Positions 10,797 through 20,137 of a DNA stretch of 64,000 bases are shown one piece after another. The DNA lies in sequence record PP456878.1, one strand, 5' to 3'. A model generated the notes under the pieces. It did not search any database, was not told the origin of the DNA, and saw nothing but the letters and a program-made list of their open reading frames with translations. Source of the stretch: Pseudomonas phage vB_PaePAO1-KEN19. How positions within the stretch are numbered: position 1 is the stretch's first letter; the number at the start of each line of letters is the position of its first letter. The position numbers and the translations under genes are program-made.

Positions 10797-11664
10797 CTAT
10801 GCTATTTAAAATCTTTTTAGCTTCATTTTCCATAATAGATCGTTCAATATTGTTAGATGTGAAATCATCTATAATACTCATTACCGTTCTACTAATTTCA
10901 TTCTGTTCAGTATTTGAAATTAATACCAATCCGACAATTTCTTTAGCAACTTCAATAGGTGTCATAGCATCTAATGGGCCAAATGAAATTTGTAATAGGT
11001 CATCAATATTCCTTTTACCAACACGTAATCCCGCATTAACTAGTTCCATAGCTAACTTAAATGATGCGCGCGTATGAATACGAATAAGGCGATTAATTAA
11101 ATTAATCCGTTCGACATTACTTACATTTCCATATGCTTGACCACGGGTAGTAAGTACTGACTGAATAAATGATGTAATATTACTAATAAGTGTTGGTGAT
11201 ACACTTTCAATTAAGTCAATGATATTTAAGAAATCTACACTTGTATCGATAAGTTCTACCAGATGTGCTAACGTCTCTTCGGGTGAATATTCGGCTAACA
11301 GAATATCATTCACTTCATCTGGAATAATGTAATCTTCTAAACTAAGGAGTGTATTAACAACAGCTTGCCGTTCAGCCTGAGTTGCTTCATCACTAATTTT
11401 AATAAGATGTTCATTTAGAATTTCATCTTGTGCAATGCGAATGATATCATCAATGCGAGAAAGAAGCATTGCATTATCTGAGATACCTGATTGAATCTGA
11501 CATACTGTATTTAGTTCATCTAGAGCTGCAACATAATTGATCTTTTCAAAAGATGCTACACAGTCTAGGATAACTTCTTTACGCTCTTCATGTATAAGAG
11601 GCGTAAGATAACTATCAATGAAATCTTTCATGACGATATCCTTTTTATACGGAATTATTAACAT
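10774..11664 (-). CDS. hypothetical protein (296 aa)
   Basis: Minus-strand ORF. Upstream is a divergent intergenic region at 11665-11801. Confidence 0.45.
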   Translation of the reverse strand: MLIIPYKKDIVMKDFIDSYLTPLIHEERKEVILDCVASFEKINYVAALDELNTVCQIQSGISDNAMLLSRIDDIIRIAQDEILNEHLIKISDEATQAERQAVVNTLLSLEDYIIPDEVNDILLAEYSPEETLAHLVELIDTSVDFLNIIDLIESVSPTLISNITSFIQSVLTTRGQAYGNVSNVERINLINRLIRIHTRASFKLAMELVNAGLRVGKRNIDDLLQISFGPLDAMTPIEVAKEIVGLVLISNTEQNEISRTVMSIIDDFTSNNIERSIMENEAKKILNSIGDTNEIT

Positions 11665-11801
11665 AGGGTTGGACAGATAGTTATTCTTTAATATAGTGTA
11701 AAATTACCAAATGTGTTAAATATATGTTGAACTAATCATTTTTTCATTTGTCAATTTATATTGGCAAATATTAAATTAAGCCTCTATCGGAGTATAACAA
11801 G

Positions 11802-12296
11802 ATGTCAAATAAAGCTAAAGAACCAACTCTAACTAAAGAACAGGAAAAGACTCTACGTCTATTTGAACGTGCAGTTGGAGCATCAGCTGCCGCAGCTGAT
11901 CATATTCTTAACCGCGATGGTTGGGATGTTGTCAATGTACTAGCAGGTTCTGTAGGTAAGCGTATTCTACAAACTGAAGTATTCATTAATCCAGTTATTA
12001 ATAAGATCAATGAAATCATTCCGACGTTATCTGATCCTACTGGATTCCAAAAGAACCTACAAACAGTTATTGCTGACCTTAATCGACTAACTAAAATTAT
12101 CAGTGTCCTATATGCACAACATCAAGGTAAGGCTGGTCCAGCAAATAATGAAGATGAACTAAAACTCATCAGTGAACTTGTTACTAAATACACTGGTATT
12201 GAAGGTGCTATTGAACGCGGTATTGATGGTGTAATCCTAGCGATGATCGGCACTCTTCGAGAAGCTGGTTGGGACGAAAAACTAATTCAACAATAA
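11802..12296 (+). CDS. hypothetical protein (164 aa)
   Basis: Plus-strand ORF after a divergent promoter region. A second plus-strand gene follows 12 nt later. Confidence 0.5.
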   Translation: MSNKAKEPTLTKEQEKTLRLFERAVGASAAAADHILNRDGWDVVNVLAGSVGKRILQTEVFINPVINKINEIIPTLSDPTGFQKNLQTVIADLNRLTKIISVLYAQHQGKAGPANNEDELKLISELVTKYTGIEGAIERGIDGVILAMIGTLREAGWDEKLIQQ

Positions 12297-12307
12297 TGGA
12301 GTTTTAA

Positions 12308-14370
12308 ATGGCTACTGCTGACTTCGATAATGAGTACGATGATACTCCAGAAGAGAATTTACTAGATCAAATTGATGAGATCAATGCGCAACACGATCCT
12401 GACTCTAGTATTGAAAATAATGACGAGGTGGAAACTCCACCTTTCGTTCCTGATCAAAAAGAAATTAAACTACGTATTCCACGTAATGCTAAAACTGGAA
12501 ATATCCGGGATGCTTCTGAACCGGCTATTAAAGATAGTGCTAGCATTCTTACTTTACTACGTGAGAATCCCCAGACTGTTTATAATTTCCTGGATCACAA
12601 TAAAGAACTATTTAAAGCATTTGCTGATAATAAAGTAGATGACACTAGTGACGGTGTAAAGTGGACAGCTGCTATTCTGGAAGGCTTAGCTCACTCTATT
12701 GTTGAAGATGCACCAATCGGTGCAACTGCCCGAGAAGGTTCTGAATGGTCTAGTGAAATTCCTTATGGTGAAAAGATCATTCGACCTGGCCGACCTGTAT
12801 TTAATACCAGTGGTCGTAAAATGACCGATGATGAAACTCTAGTTTTCCTAACACGTAAAGCTAACATCGGTACGCCATATGATACTTTCCTACCTCATTC
12901 AGGTATTTGGGTAAAACTACGTGCACCTACTGGTACTGAAGTAGCTGCCCTACAAGCACGTCTAGCACAATTAAAGATCCGGCTAGGCGCTGAATCAAAA
13001 GGTATGCTGTTCTCAAACATGGCAGCTGTGTTACTTAACATGGTTAGTAATTTAGCACTTGCATGTGTTATTCAATCCAACTATAAGTTCAACACTCCAA
13101 CTGACCTAGAGCATGTTATCTCAGTAGCTGATGAACCATTCTTACATCATGCACTAGCGGCGACTATGTATCCAGATGGATTTAATTATAGTTATCCATG
13201 CATTGCAGATGCCAATACATGTAACCATATTGAAACAGCGAAACTTAATATGTCAACGCTTGTTCAATATGATCTACTGGCATTCTCAGAAGAACAAAAG
13301 AAATATATTGCACGTAAGTTTAATGCATGTACTGAATCTGATCTTAAGACTTATAAAGAAGGATTCCGTATTGAAACTCAAGTAACTGAAATGTTTGGTG
13401 ACGTTGGTGTTGTTCTTGAGATGTGTACAATTGCTGATCGCCGAGAGTCTGGTGATAGTTGGATTAACTCAATTATCGATATGACTCAAGGTAGTTTTAA
13501 TGAACCAGTCGATGGTCCGCAACGTTCTCAGTATATTGCACGTTTACAAAAGATCTCTATTGCCCGTCAGTTCTCACATTTTGTTAAAGAAATTAAAGTA
13601 CGTGAAGATGACGATGGTGAAAGTTCTGAAGACAATATTCGTACTGCAACCACTAATCGTGAAACTATTGAAAAGTTCTTAACTAATATTCTATCCACAC
13701 CGGAATATAATGACCGCTTTATTAATGCGGTGAGTAACTTCATTGATTCACAACTAATTGGAATGATTGCAATTACAAGTTGGAATTGTCCAGTATGTGA
13801 GTCACCTGCTGCTACTAAATTTAAAGAACGTTTCCCACACTTAATCCCTATTGACATGCTGTCAACTTTTTTTACTTTGGCGGCCTCGAAGTCAAACCGG
13901 ATGGTGTAGTTAATGATCTGAGATATAGTCGTCTTGAGGCCACTTTCAAGGAAGATAGTGGTCACATCCTACATCCAAACTTTGGTTATGATAAGTTAAC
14001 TGAAGATGATACACACTTAGATAGACTATTATCGACAGTAGGGGCAGTAAGACCGTCTACAGCAGCACGTTTAACAAGAGAAGCATATCTACTTGATTAC
14101 GATATCGGTTCACCAGAAAACGGACCCATGTGGTTAAATAAGGTAAATCCTAAAGAGGACTTTATCGAAGGTGGGTTGAGAAGGAGACTGACTAGAGATT
14201 TCTTCAAGTATAAAGTAGGTAGCTTATCTAATATGTCATTAACTGAATTCTTTGAATTAGCTTATTCTGAGGTAGAATACATAATTGAATTATGTAGAAA
14301 TATTACCCATAATGAAGCTGTTAATAACAATAACCAGTTAAATGAATTAAACAAGCCGTTAACTAAATAA
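12308..14370 (+). CDS. hypothetical protein, about 688 aa if two frames are joined by a -1 shift at the T7 run 13867-13873
   Basis: The annotated frame ends at 13909. The -1 frame is open and protein-like from 13855 to 14370 with no start codon until 14128. The junction coincides with T TTT TTT, a perfect X XXY YYZ heptamer. Terminator hairpin at 14385-14410. Confidence 0.45.
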
Positions 14371-14384
14371 AAAAAATAAAGACA

Positions 14385-14412
14385 GGCCCCTCTCCATGTG
14401 GAGAGGGGTTTA
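14385..14412. terminator. bidirectional hairpin terminator
   Basis: ggcccctctccatgtggagaggggttt lies between the plus-strand gene end (14370) and the small minus-strand ORF end (14418). Confidence 0.55.
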
Positions 14413-14417
14413 TGTCG

Positions 14418-14573
14418 CCTTACTTACGTGCAAAGCTAGCTACAAGACCTTTGATAGCTAGAGCGACCATCCAGGCCGTTAACCCCTTCATTGGGCGGAT
14501 ATCAACCCGTTCTTCGATATCCAGATTGCCCTCACTATTGATTACCTCAATTCGTACTTGCATGGTCTACTCC
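14418..14573 (-). CDS. small protein (51 aa), hydrophobic C-terminal half
   Basis: ATG is preceded by ggag 7 nt upstream. Translation: MQVRIEVINSEGNLDIEERVDIRPMKGLTAWMVALAIKGLVASFARK. Hairpin lies just downstream. Below the 60-aa cutoff of the ORF track. Confidence 0.3.
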
Positions 14574-14658
14574 TTATCAGGGTGGGATATGATATTCAAA
14601 AGTCTTTTGATATAAAGATGGCATATTACCCCACCAATAAAAGGCGGGGTAATATTTA

Positions 14659-14853
14659 TTAAACCATCAGATATCCTAATGGGAATAAAGCAAAGAAGCC
14701 ATATAAAACAACAAGCAGTGTCTTTTGGCGAACATACCGGGATTTAATACTATCTTTATCTAAGTCAAACTTGACATAAAGATAAATCTGATAACTTTTA
14801 TATCCCATACTAGCCACAAGGGCTATTACTATAAGTTGACACAAAAAGACCAT
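14659..14853 (-). CDS. small membrane protein (64 aa, 2 predicted TM)
   Basis: Hydrophobic stretches LIVIALVASMGY and LLVVLYGFFALFPLGYLMV. Confidence 0.4.
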   Translation of the reverse strand: MVFLCQLIVIALVASMGYKSYQIYLYVKFDLDKDSIKSRYVRQKTLLVVLYGFFALFPLGYLMV

Positions 14854-14908
14854 AGTGGGATGCTCTTATTATTAGAGAACAATGATCAATTGTTCTTACA
14901 TAGCATGT

Positions 14909-15100
14909 CTATTTAATATGCATGATTATCATATTAAATAACCACAACCCTAACATAAGGGTAAACATACTGCAAATCAAGCCACTTACAATCATTGCTT
15001 TTTGTTTGATTGTTTTAGCAGCAGCAAGAAATATAATTGAAGTTATTAATCCACTAAATGCAATTAATAGTGGTACTAAAAATAACAATACCCGAGCCAT
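14909..15100 (-). CDS. small membrane protein (63 aa, 2 predicted TM)
   Basis: LLFLVPLLIAFSGLITSIIFLAAA and LICSMFTLMLGLWLFNMIIM. Confidence 0.4.
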   Translation of the reverse strand: MARVLLFLVPLLIAFSGLITSIIFLAAAKTIKQKAMIVSGLICSMFTLMLGLWLFNMIIMHIK

Positions 15101-15112
15101 ATAGACACCTCA

Positions 15113-15385
15113 TCAAAATAGATAAGTTGTACATGTCAGTGAATAGTTAGTCCAGCAACTAACAATAGTACTTACCCATATGGTAACTAATACAATGCTT
15201 ACGGAGAGAAAAAGCATAGCGTACTGGCATGCACTTTTATTAAAGATATCTTTAAACTCAAGATATGTTTTAATAATAAATATCAGCATGCATGTTAGAA
15301 GAATATCAACTAAGATCAAAGTACTGACTAGAAGCCATGTTGCACCAAAGATCTGATCAACTGTATACATTATTTCCACTCCCAT
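15113..15385 (-). CDS. small membrane protein (90 aa, about 3 TM)
   Basis: Three hydrophobic segments. Last of a cluster of small TM proteins. Confidence 0.4.
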   Translation of the reverse strand: MGVEIMYTVDQIFGATWLLVSTLILVDILLTCMLIFIIKTYLEFKDIFNKSACQYAMLFLSVSIVLVTIWVSTIVSCWTNYSLTCTTYLF

Positions 15386-15508
15386 AGTTTATAAGCTATA
15401 ACTACAATTGTAATCATAATCAATTTTTTCTTCATTGTAAATACCCTATAGTTTTATCACATTTGTGATATACTGTTTAAAATGCTTTAAATACAAAAAA
15501 TAAAAAAA

Positions 15509-15545
15509 GCATAATCCCTCCCAACTAAGGGAGGGATCATTTATG
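15509..15545 (-). terminator. intrinsic terminator for the helicase gene
   Basis: Minus-strand reading gives ATCCCTCCCttagttGGGAGGGAT followed by ttatgctttttttatttttt. Confidence 0.65.
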
Positions 15546-15552
15546 CCATTTA

Positions 15553-17091
15553 CTATAAACGCATCATGCGCATACTTTTAGTTTTACCCATGAAATGATT
15601 TTCTTTATTTCTAGCGTATCTGCAATGATGAGGTATGTTATTACAAACCATGAATGTTAACCTTGGTATTACATCAGGCCAGTTCTTCAATGGTCTTAGT
15701 CGTCCAAGAATTTGGATGCTGTCCTTTTTAGAGTCAGTTGCTTGTAATAGAATAACTTCCCTTAAATTCCTAATATCAACACCAGTACCAGATGATTTAA
15801 TAGTTGATACAGTGATATCATTAGTCATTAATCTATCATACGGACTACCCGAAACATGTCTATTAATCTGAAGATCTGGATATTGTTTCTTAAGATAAGC
15901 TGTCAGTACATCGATAAAGTTTACAGTCGCGCATAATAGCAAACATTTCTGACCTTCAATACGATCCTTTATATAAACGCCATCTACAATACGTTTAACC
16001 ATCTTTAAATAGAAGTCTAGTCGCCTAGGATTCTTCATCATTACTGTTTCATAACGAGCATGGTTATATGTATTTTTAAATGGAGTTAAATAGTCCTTAG
16101 GTTTAATAGTTGGTTCACTATATAACAAGCCAATAACATTGATGTATGAGTCATATGCAGGTAACCTACACTTTGTAGTGGCAGGTAGCATGACATCAAT
16201 CATTTTAGTAACAAACTGATTACCAGTGTATGGAGTAGCTGATAAATAGATTTGTTTATTGACATTGGTATATAGATCAGTACGAAATACTAATCCTGGA
16301 TCTTCTTGAATCTCATCATTGATCTGCCAACCTGCTCCAATAACCTCATGGAATCTAGGTGGTGGTACATTAAATCCAACTACATCGATTTTTTCACCTA
16401 ATCGTTCAAAAGTATCGATATATGCACGGTATGTTGTAGAACTAATGAGAATAATTTCAACACCCTCTAAATCATTCTCTAGTCCGCGATTAATTAGATT
16501 CTGTAACTCAGCAGATCCAGATACTTTTAAATATTTTATACCTAGCTGATCTTCATAACCAACAAATGTTTCTTTTAATGCTTTCTCCCAAATACCGAAA
16601 TATTTAGGTGGAATCATAACAACACCACGTTCTTTCATTACTGCAACTGAAGCTAAACTAGTTAAGGTTTTACCTTTACCAGTCTGTAAATCAACACGTG
16701 CTGAATGTAAATGTGGTCTTAGAATATCTTCGCGGATGGTTTCCTGATAATCCCTTAGAACATAATGTTCAAATAAAGTATAGTCTACTTTAACAGCTGT
16801 TGGTACAGGAATATCTACAATTTCAATTCTAGTAGATGGTATATTCTTATCGGCTAGATAATTAATAAGTTCTTGAAGACATTCACGATGGATGAATACA
16901 GATTTACCATCTTCTGTTTCACCATAATATTTTTTCTTTATTTCCATTATGGTGCGTTGACCAGGTATCTTCTTAGGTTCTTTTAAAACCAGTTTATTAA
17001 GATATCCAGTCATCTTTAAGTATGTTTCCCGATCGTAACCGGATAAACGAACACCATGGGTGTATCGTTCTGCTGTAAGAATCGGTTTCAT
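15553..17091 (-). CDS. SF2 helicase (DExx-box)
   Basis: Motif I LQTGKGKTLT. Motif II INDEIQED. Motif III YLSATP (SAT). Motif VI QILGRLRP (QxxGRxxR). The true start is likely ATG MKPILT, with ggag upstream. The listed GTG start would overlap the upstream gene. Confidence 0.7.
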   Translation of the reverse strand: MKPILTAERYTHGVRLSGYDRETYLKMTGYLNKLVLKEPKKIPGQRTIMEIKKKYYGETEDGKSVFIHRECLQELINYLADKNIPSTRIEIVDIPVPTAVKVDYTLFEHYVLRDYQETIREDILRPHLHSARVDLQTGKGKTLTSLASVAVMKERGVVMIPPKYFGIWEKALKETFVGYEDQLGIKYLKVSGSAELQNLINRGLENDLEGVEIILISSTTYRAYIDTFERLGEKIDVVGFNVPPPRFHEVIGAGWQINDEIQEDPGLVFRTDLYTNVNKQIYLSATPYTGNQFVTKMIDVMLPATTKCRLPAYDSYINVIGLLYSEPTIKPKDYLTPFKNTYNHARYETVMMKNPRRLDFYLKMVKRIVDGVYIKDRIEGQKCLLLCATVNFIDVLTAYLKKQYPDLQINRHVSGSPYDRLMTNDITVSTIKSSGTGVDIRNLREVILLQATDSKKDSIQILGRLRPLKNWPDVIPRLTFMVCNNIPHHCRYARNKENHFMGKTKSMRMMRL

Positions 17092-17130
17092 AAAAAAATC
17101 AACGATCGGTAAGGGGAGCAGTGCTCCCCA
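17092..17130 (-). terminator. hairpin plus T7 run between the beta-prime C gene and the helicase gene (attenuator/terminator)
   Basis: Minus-strand reading gives ggggagcactgctcccc, then ttaccgatcgttgattttttt, immediately before the helicase ATG. Confidence 0.4.
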
Positions 17131-17149
17131 AACCTCACGTCCTCCACGT

Positions 17150-19183
17150 CTATCGCAGTTTACCACCTTTAACTAGTAAGTCATATGGATGGTCATTCCT
17201 CATCTTGTTAAGGAAACTGCCTGGGTTATTTAGTGGCTCATGCTGCTTTTCGAAAGCCATCGCACCACCTAAACTACGACATTGCATTAGCCTATTATAT
17301 TTTTCAAATTGGCCATTAATACCGGGTTTAGGTAAGCGATAGTCTCGATATTGAGCTGAACGGATCATCATAGCGTATATCAAGATCTCACAATGGGAAA
17401 TATTAAGGCTAATCTTTTCATTAGCCATTGTTGCAAATACAGGTAGTGCTTCAATTGGTGACTTGTAGTTTTTAAGATACGTTTTAGACGTATATCCAAC
17501 TTTCTCAGTGCTTAGTTTACCTGCCTCGGCTGAGTCACTACCGGAATGTAAGAAACTTTGGAATCGTTTCATTACTTCATACATGTTTACGTGCTTATTT
17601 GGTAGCGTTAAGAATGGTAGGTTAAAATCAAAACCACGAAGACTAATGACGATATTGTCTCGCTGATCTAGTTCCCAACGGACCATCTTAATATGCTTTA
17701 GCATTTCAATAGATAGACTAGCCCTACGGTTATACAGCGACACAGTCAGAACATCACCACATTCACCATTCACCTCATCATCATAGACTAGGGCCAGGCT
17801 GGTTAGTTCAGTAGCTGAAGTAGCTGGATATGCAGTAAGGTCATCAATCATTAAAATGTCAGCAAGGTTTTCTGCCTCTGACCGTGCGATTACTAAACGA
17901 TAATCCTTCTGAGTAAGTTCTTTCTTTAGATATAGTGTCTCTGGGATTTCACCTGTTCTTAAATAATTACTTTCAATTTTGCCAAGTTTATATTGTTCTA
18001 CAGCAGAAGACGCATCGGTGTGTTTAGTAGACAATACTGCTGAAGTAATTTTGTCACCCATCGATACGGCAGCAACCTGACCGATATTAGTTCCTTTTGG
18101 AATATTGATACCTAGTCGGCCATAACAAGTCATACAGATACCCTGACTATCTGGATGATTACATCCAAATACAGACCTGAATTTCTGTTTAGTTCCAATT
18201 AGGTGTGTTTCATTTCCACGGATCCAGTCTAGTTTACCATCTTCTTTTTGATAATATTTTCCTTTGAATGCTTTTAAAGTTAACTTAGTTACAGGATACT
18301 CAGCTAAGATTGTGGTCTTACAATCACCAGGATGTAGCCTTTGGACATATTGTGCAATAAGCTGAGATTTCCGGTTAAAGTATTCAGTTACTCGCAGTAG
18401 TTCTTTGTTATATAGTAGCGCTTTAGTACCTGAACGAGATTCAATCATATTCTCATACAGATTCCAAATACCATCAATATAACCAGTTGTTACCGGATAT
18501 TTAAAGATATCTGAGTTAATGTCAGTTGGAAAGCCCCGCCAAGCAAATGCTTGTAGAAGCTGTTCAGTTTTCTGAGTACCAGAACGAAGACCTTCAATGA
18601 TGCTGTTACCAATGAATTGGGTAGGATCATTAAATACTTCTTTGACTTTACCATAACTAATTTTTTCGATACCATAAGTAGTTGGTTCGATATTATGGTT
18701 AGCCTCACGTACCTTGGGATGATTATATACTTCAGCAATATCAAACATCGACAAGGTTGCTAGATATTCAGACAGTTTCACAGTGGTCTGATTATACAGC
18801 CAGTTCTTACCTTCAATAGCCAGTTTAGATAGTACTTCAGGATCTACTGTTTCACCTGACCAATCATAGATGTTCCAAATAGCCTTATTTAAATGCTTAA
18901 CCATGGCCTTAGATGTTACTCGGCCACCTTCAACATTTAGATAATCTTTAGGGTTATCAGTTAAGATGCGATTGAAATCGATATGGTGATCAGATGGAAT
19001 TGGGCAATCTTTATAATGTTTAAGAGGATACCAACACAGAACGGATAATTTGGTAATACGGTCAACTGACACAACCGTTTTACCATCATCAAATTCGATT
19101 AGATGCCATTCTGAAGGGAGTGACCATAAATCATCATAACTTAGATTTAGAAGATCACGCGCTTTATAACGATTAAGATTCAT
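17150..19183 (-). CDS. non-virion RNAP beta-prime subunit, C-terminal piece
   Basis: CNHPDSQGICMTCYGRLGINIPKGTNIGQVAAVSMGDKITSAVLSTKHTD aligns with E. coli [49 protein letters not shown] (trigger loop). A bridge-helix-like segment ESRSGTKALLYNKELLRVTEYF lies upstream. RBS aagagg. Confidence 0.8.
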   Translation of the reverse strand: MNLNRYKARDLLNLSYDDLWSLPSEWHLIEFDDGKTVVSVDRITKLSVLCWYPLKHYKDCPIPSDHHIDFNRILTDNPKDYLNVEGGRVTSKAMVKHLNKAIWNIYDWSGETVDPEVLSKLAIEGKNWLYNQTTVKLSEYLATLSMFDIAEVYNHPKVREANHNIEPTTYGIEKISYGKVKEVFNDPTQFIGNSIIEGLRSGTQKTEQLLQAFAWRGFPTDINSDIFKYPVTTGYIDGIWNLYENMIESRSGTKALLYNKELLRVTEYFNRKSQLIAQYVQRLHPGDCKTTILAEYPVTKLTLKAFKGKYYQKEDGKLDWIRGNETHLIGTKQKFRSVFGCNHPDSQGICMTCYGRLGINIPKGTNIGQVAAVSMGDKITSAVLSTKHTDASSAVEQYKLGKIESNYLRTGEIPETLYLKKELTQKDYRLVIARSEAENLADILMIDDLTAYPATSATELTSLALVYDDEVNGECGDVLTVSLYNRRASLSIEMLKHIKMVRWELDQRDNIVISLRGFDFNLPFLTLPNKHVNMYEVMKRFQSFLHSGSDSAEAGKLSTEKVGYTSKTYLKNYKSPIEALPVFATMANEKISLNISHCEILIYAMMIRSAQYRDYRLPKPGINGQFEKYNRLMQCRSLGGAMAFEKQHEPLNNPGSFLNKMRNDHPYDLLVKGGKLR

Positions 19184-19206
19184 TATTTACCTCTTGTATT
19201 ATTAAA

Positions 19207-19227
19207 CCCCTGATCAATGATCAGGGG
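19207..19227 (-). other. hairpin spanning the beta gene stop codon
   Basis: cccctgatcaTTGAtcagggg contains the TGA stop of the beta gene. It is followed by tttaataat and the RBS of the beta-prime C gene. Confidence 0.4.
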
Positions 19228-20137
19228 CATATTCTAATGCAATACCACTACATTCAAGCAGGTGATCAAACATAGCTACTGGGCGAGATCCACCAAATGG
19301 AATCTTTTCACGATCAACTGCAACTGGTACAGATGAAGGTTTTTCTGCTGTTAGCCAAGACTCGATAACCGCAGCATGCGCCAATGGGTTATTAGTTTGG
19401 TCTAAGATTTCAGCAGTCGGACCTGGACCAACTGTACAGTTATATGACCGAGTTTCAGATTCACCGAATGACCGGATAGCTGTTTCTCGACCAGGTGTGC
19501 TAGCCCTATCAGCATTGTTTAACTTAGAAGGTAGACCAAATGGTTGTGTTTTTACAGATGCTGCTGCTGACCAGTCTTCACCAATCTTTTCTAGTAGCAT
19601 CATGTAAAGTGGACCCATTAAGACATTATCTTTAGTTGTTACCCACTTACCAGCTTGATCTCGATAAGATACCTTCCCATAGTGTGGTCGATACTTATCG
19701 CTATTAATTAATTTGTTGACTGCTGCCATTAGATCCACTGGATCATCAACTGGTGCGTAGATATATGGGAATCCATCCATTAGTACTGTTTTAACATGTT
19801 CTGCTGGATTTGGGTGTTCCATCATTTTACTATGCATTGTTGGAGCAATGATCTCATAGAAACCTAATAGTTCTTTAAATGCATAATCAACCCATTGCGT
19901 ATTGCCCATTACACTATTTAGTTGTTGCTGGGTTGGTTTGGCATGTCGATCTAGTCCAGCTTCAACGCGTAGGCGTTGAGCTAGATCTCGTGCAGCTGCG
20001 CCAAAACCATGTTCATAAATTCGACCATAATTTGAACGACGCATGGTTGAACCACCAAAGATAATTAGATCTGCCCTATTACCATTTTCGTCAATAGGCA
20101 TATCTTCATCTTCCATTACCTTACAGATGACGCCCTT
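19214..20137 (-). CDS. non-virion RNAP beta subunit C-terminal piece, exon 2 (KGVICKVMEDEDMPIDENG...)
   Basis: The frame is open upstream of the listed Met. KGVICKV...EDMPIDENGNRADLIIFGG aligns with E. coli beta [31 protein letters not shown]. It joins exon 1 at GGN|KGV. Confidence 0.8.
   Translation of the reverse strand, partial: KGVICKVMEDEDMPIDENGNRADLIIFGGSTMRRSNYGRIYEHGFGAAARDLAQRLRVEAGLDRHAKPTQQQLNSVMGNTQWVDYAFKELLGFYEIIAPTMHSKMMEHPNPAEHVKTVLMDGFPYIYAPVDDPVDLMAAVNKLINSDKYRPHYGKVSYRDQAGKWVTTKDNVLMGPLYMMLLEKIGEDWSAAASVKTQPFGLPSKLNNADRASTPGRETAIRSFGESETRSYNCTVGPGPTAEILDQTNNPLAHAAVIESWLTAEKPSSVPVAVDREKIPFGGSRPVAMFDHLLECSGIALEYAPDH

Noticed and set aside
1069-13965. Numerous 60-110-aa ORFs on the strand opposite long genes, for example 1069-1263, 2189-2506, 3298-3537, 6990-7208, 8408-8887, 9502-10069, 12372-12638, 13176-13385 and 13567-13965
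   Set aside because: They are fully embedded in longer ORFs with recognisable motifs or consistent codon bias. Shadow ORFs like these are expected in AT-rich sequence. No independent signals support them.
14412-14615. Plus-strand ORF 14412-14615 (67 aa)
   Set aside because: Its start lies inside the terminator hairpin and it has no RBS. The opposite strand carries a better-formed 51-codon ORF with an SD and a hydrophobic product.
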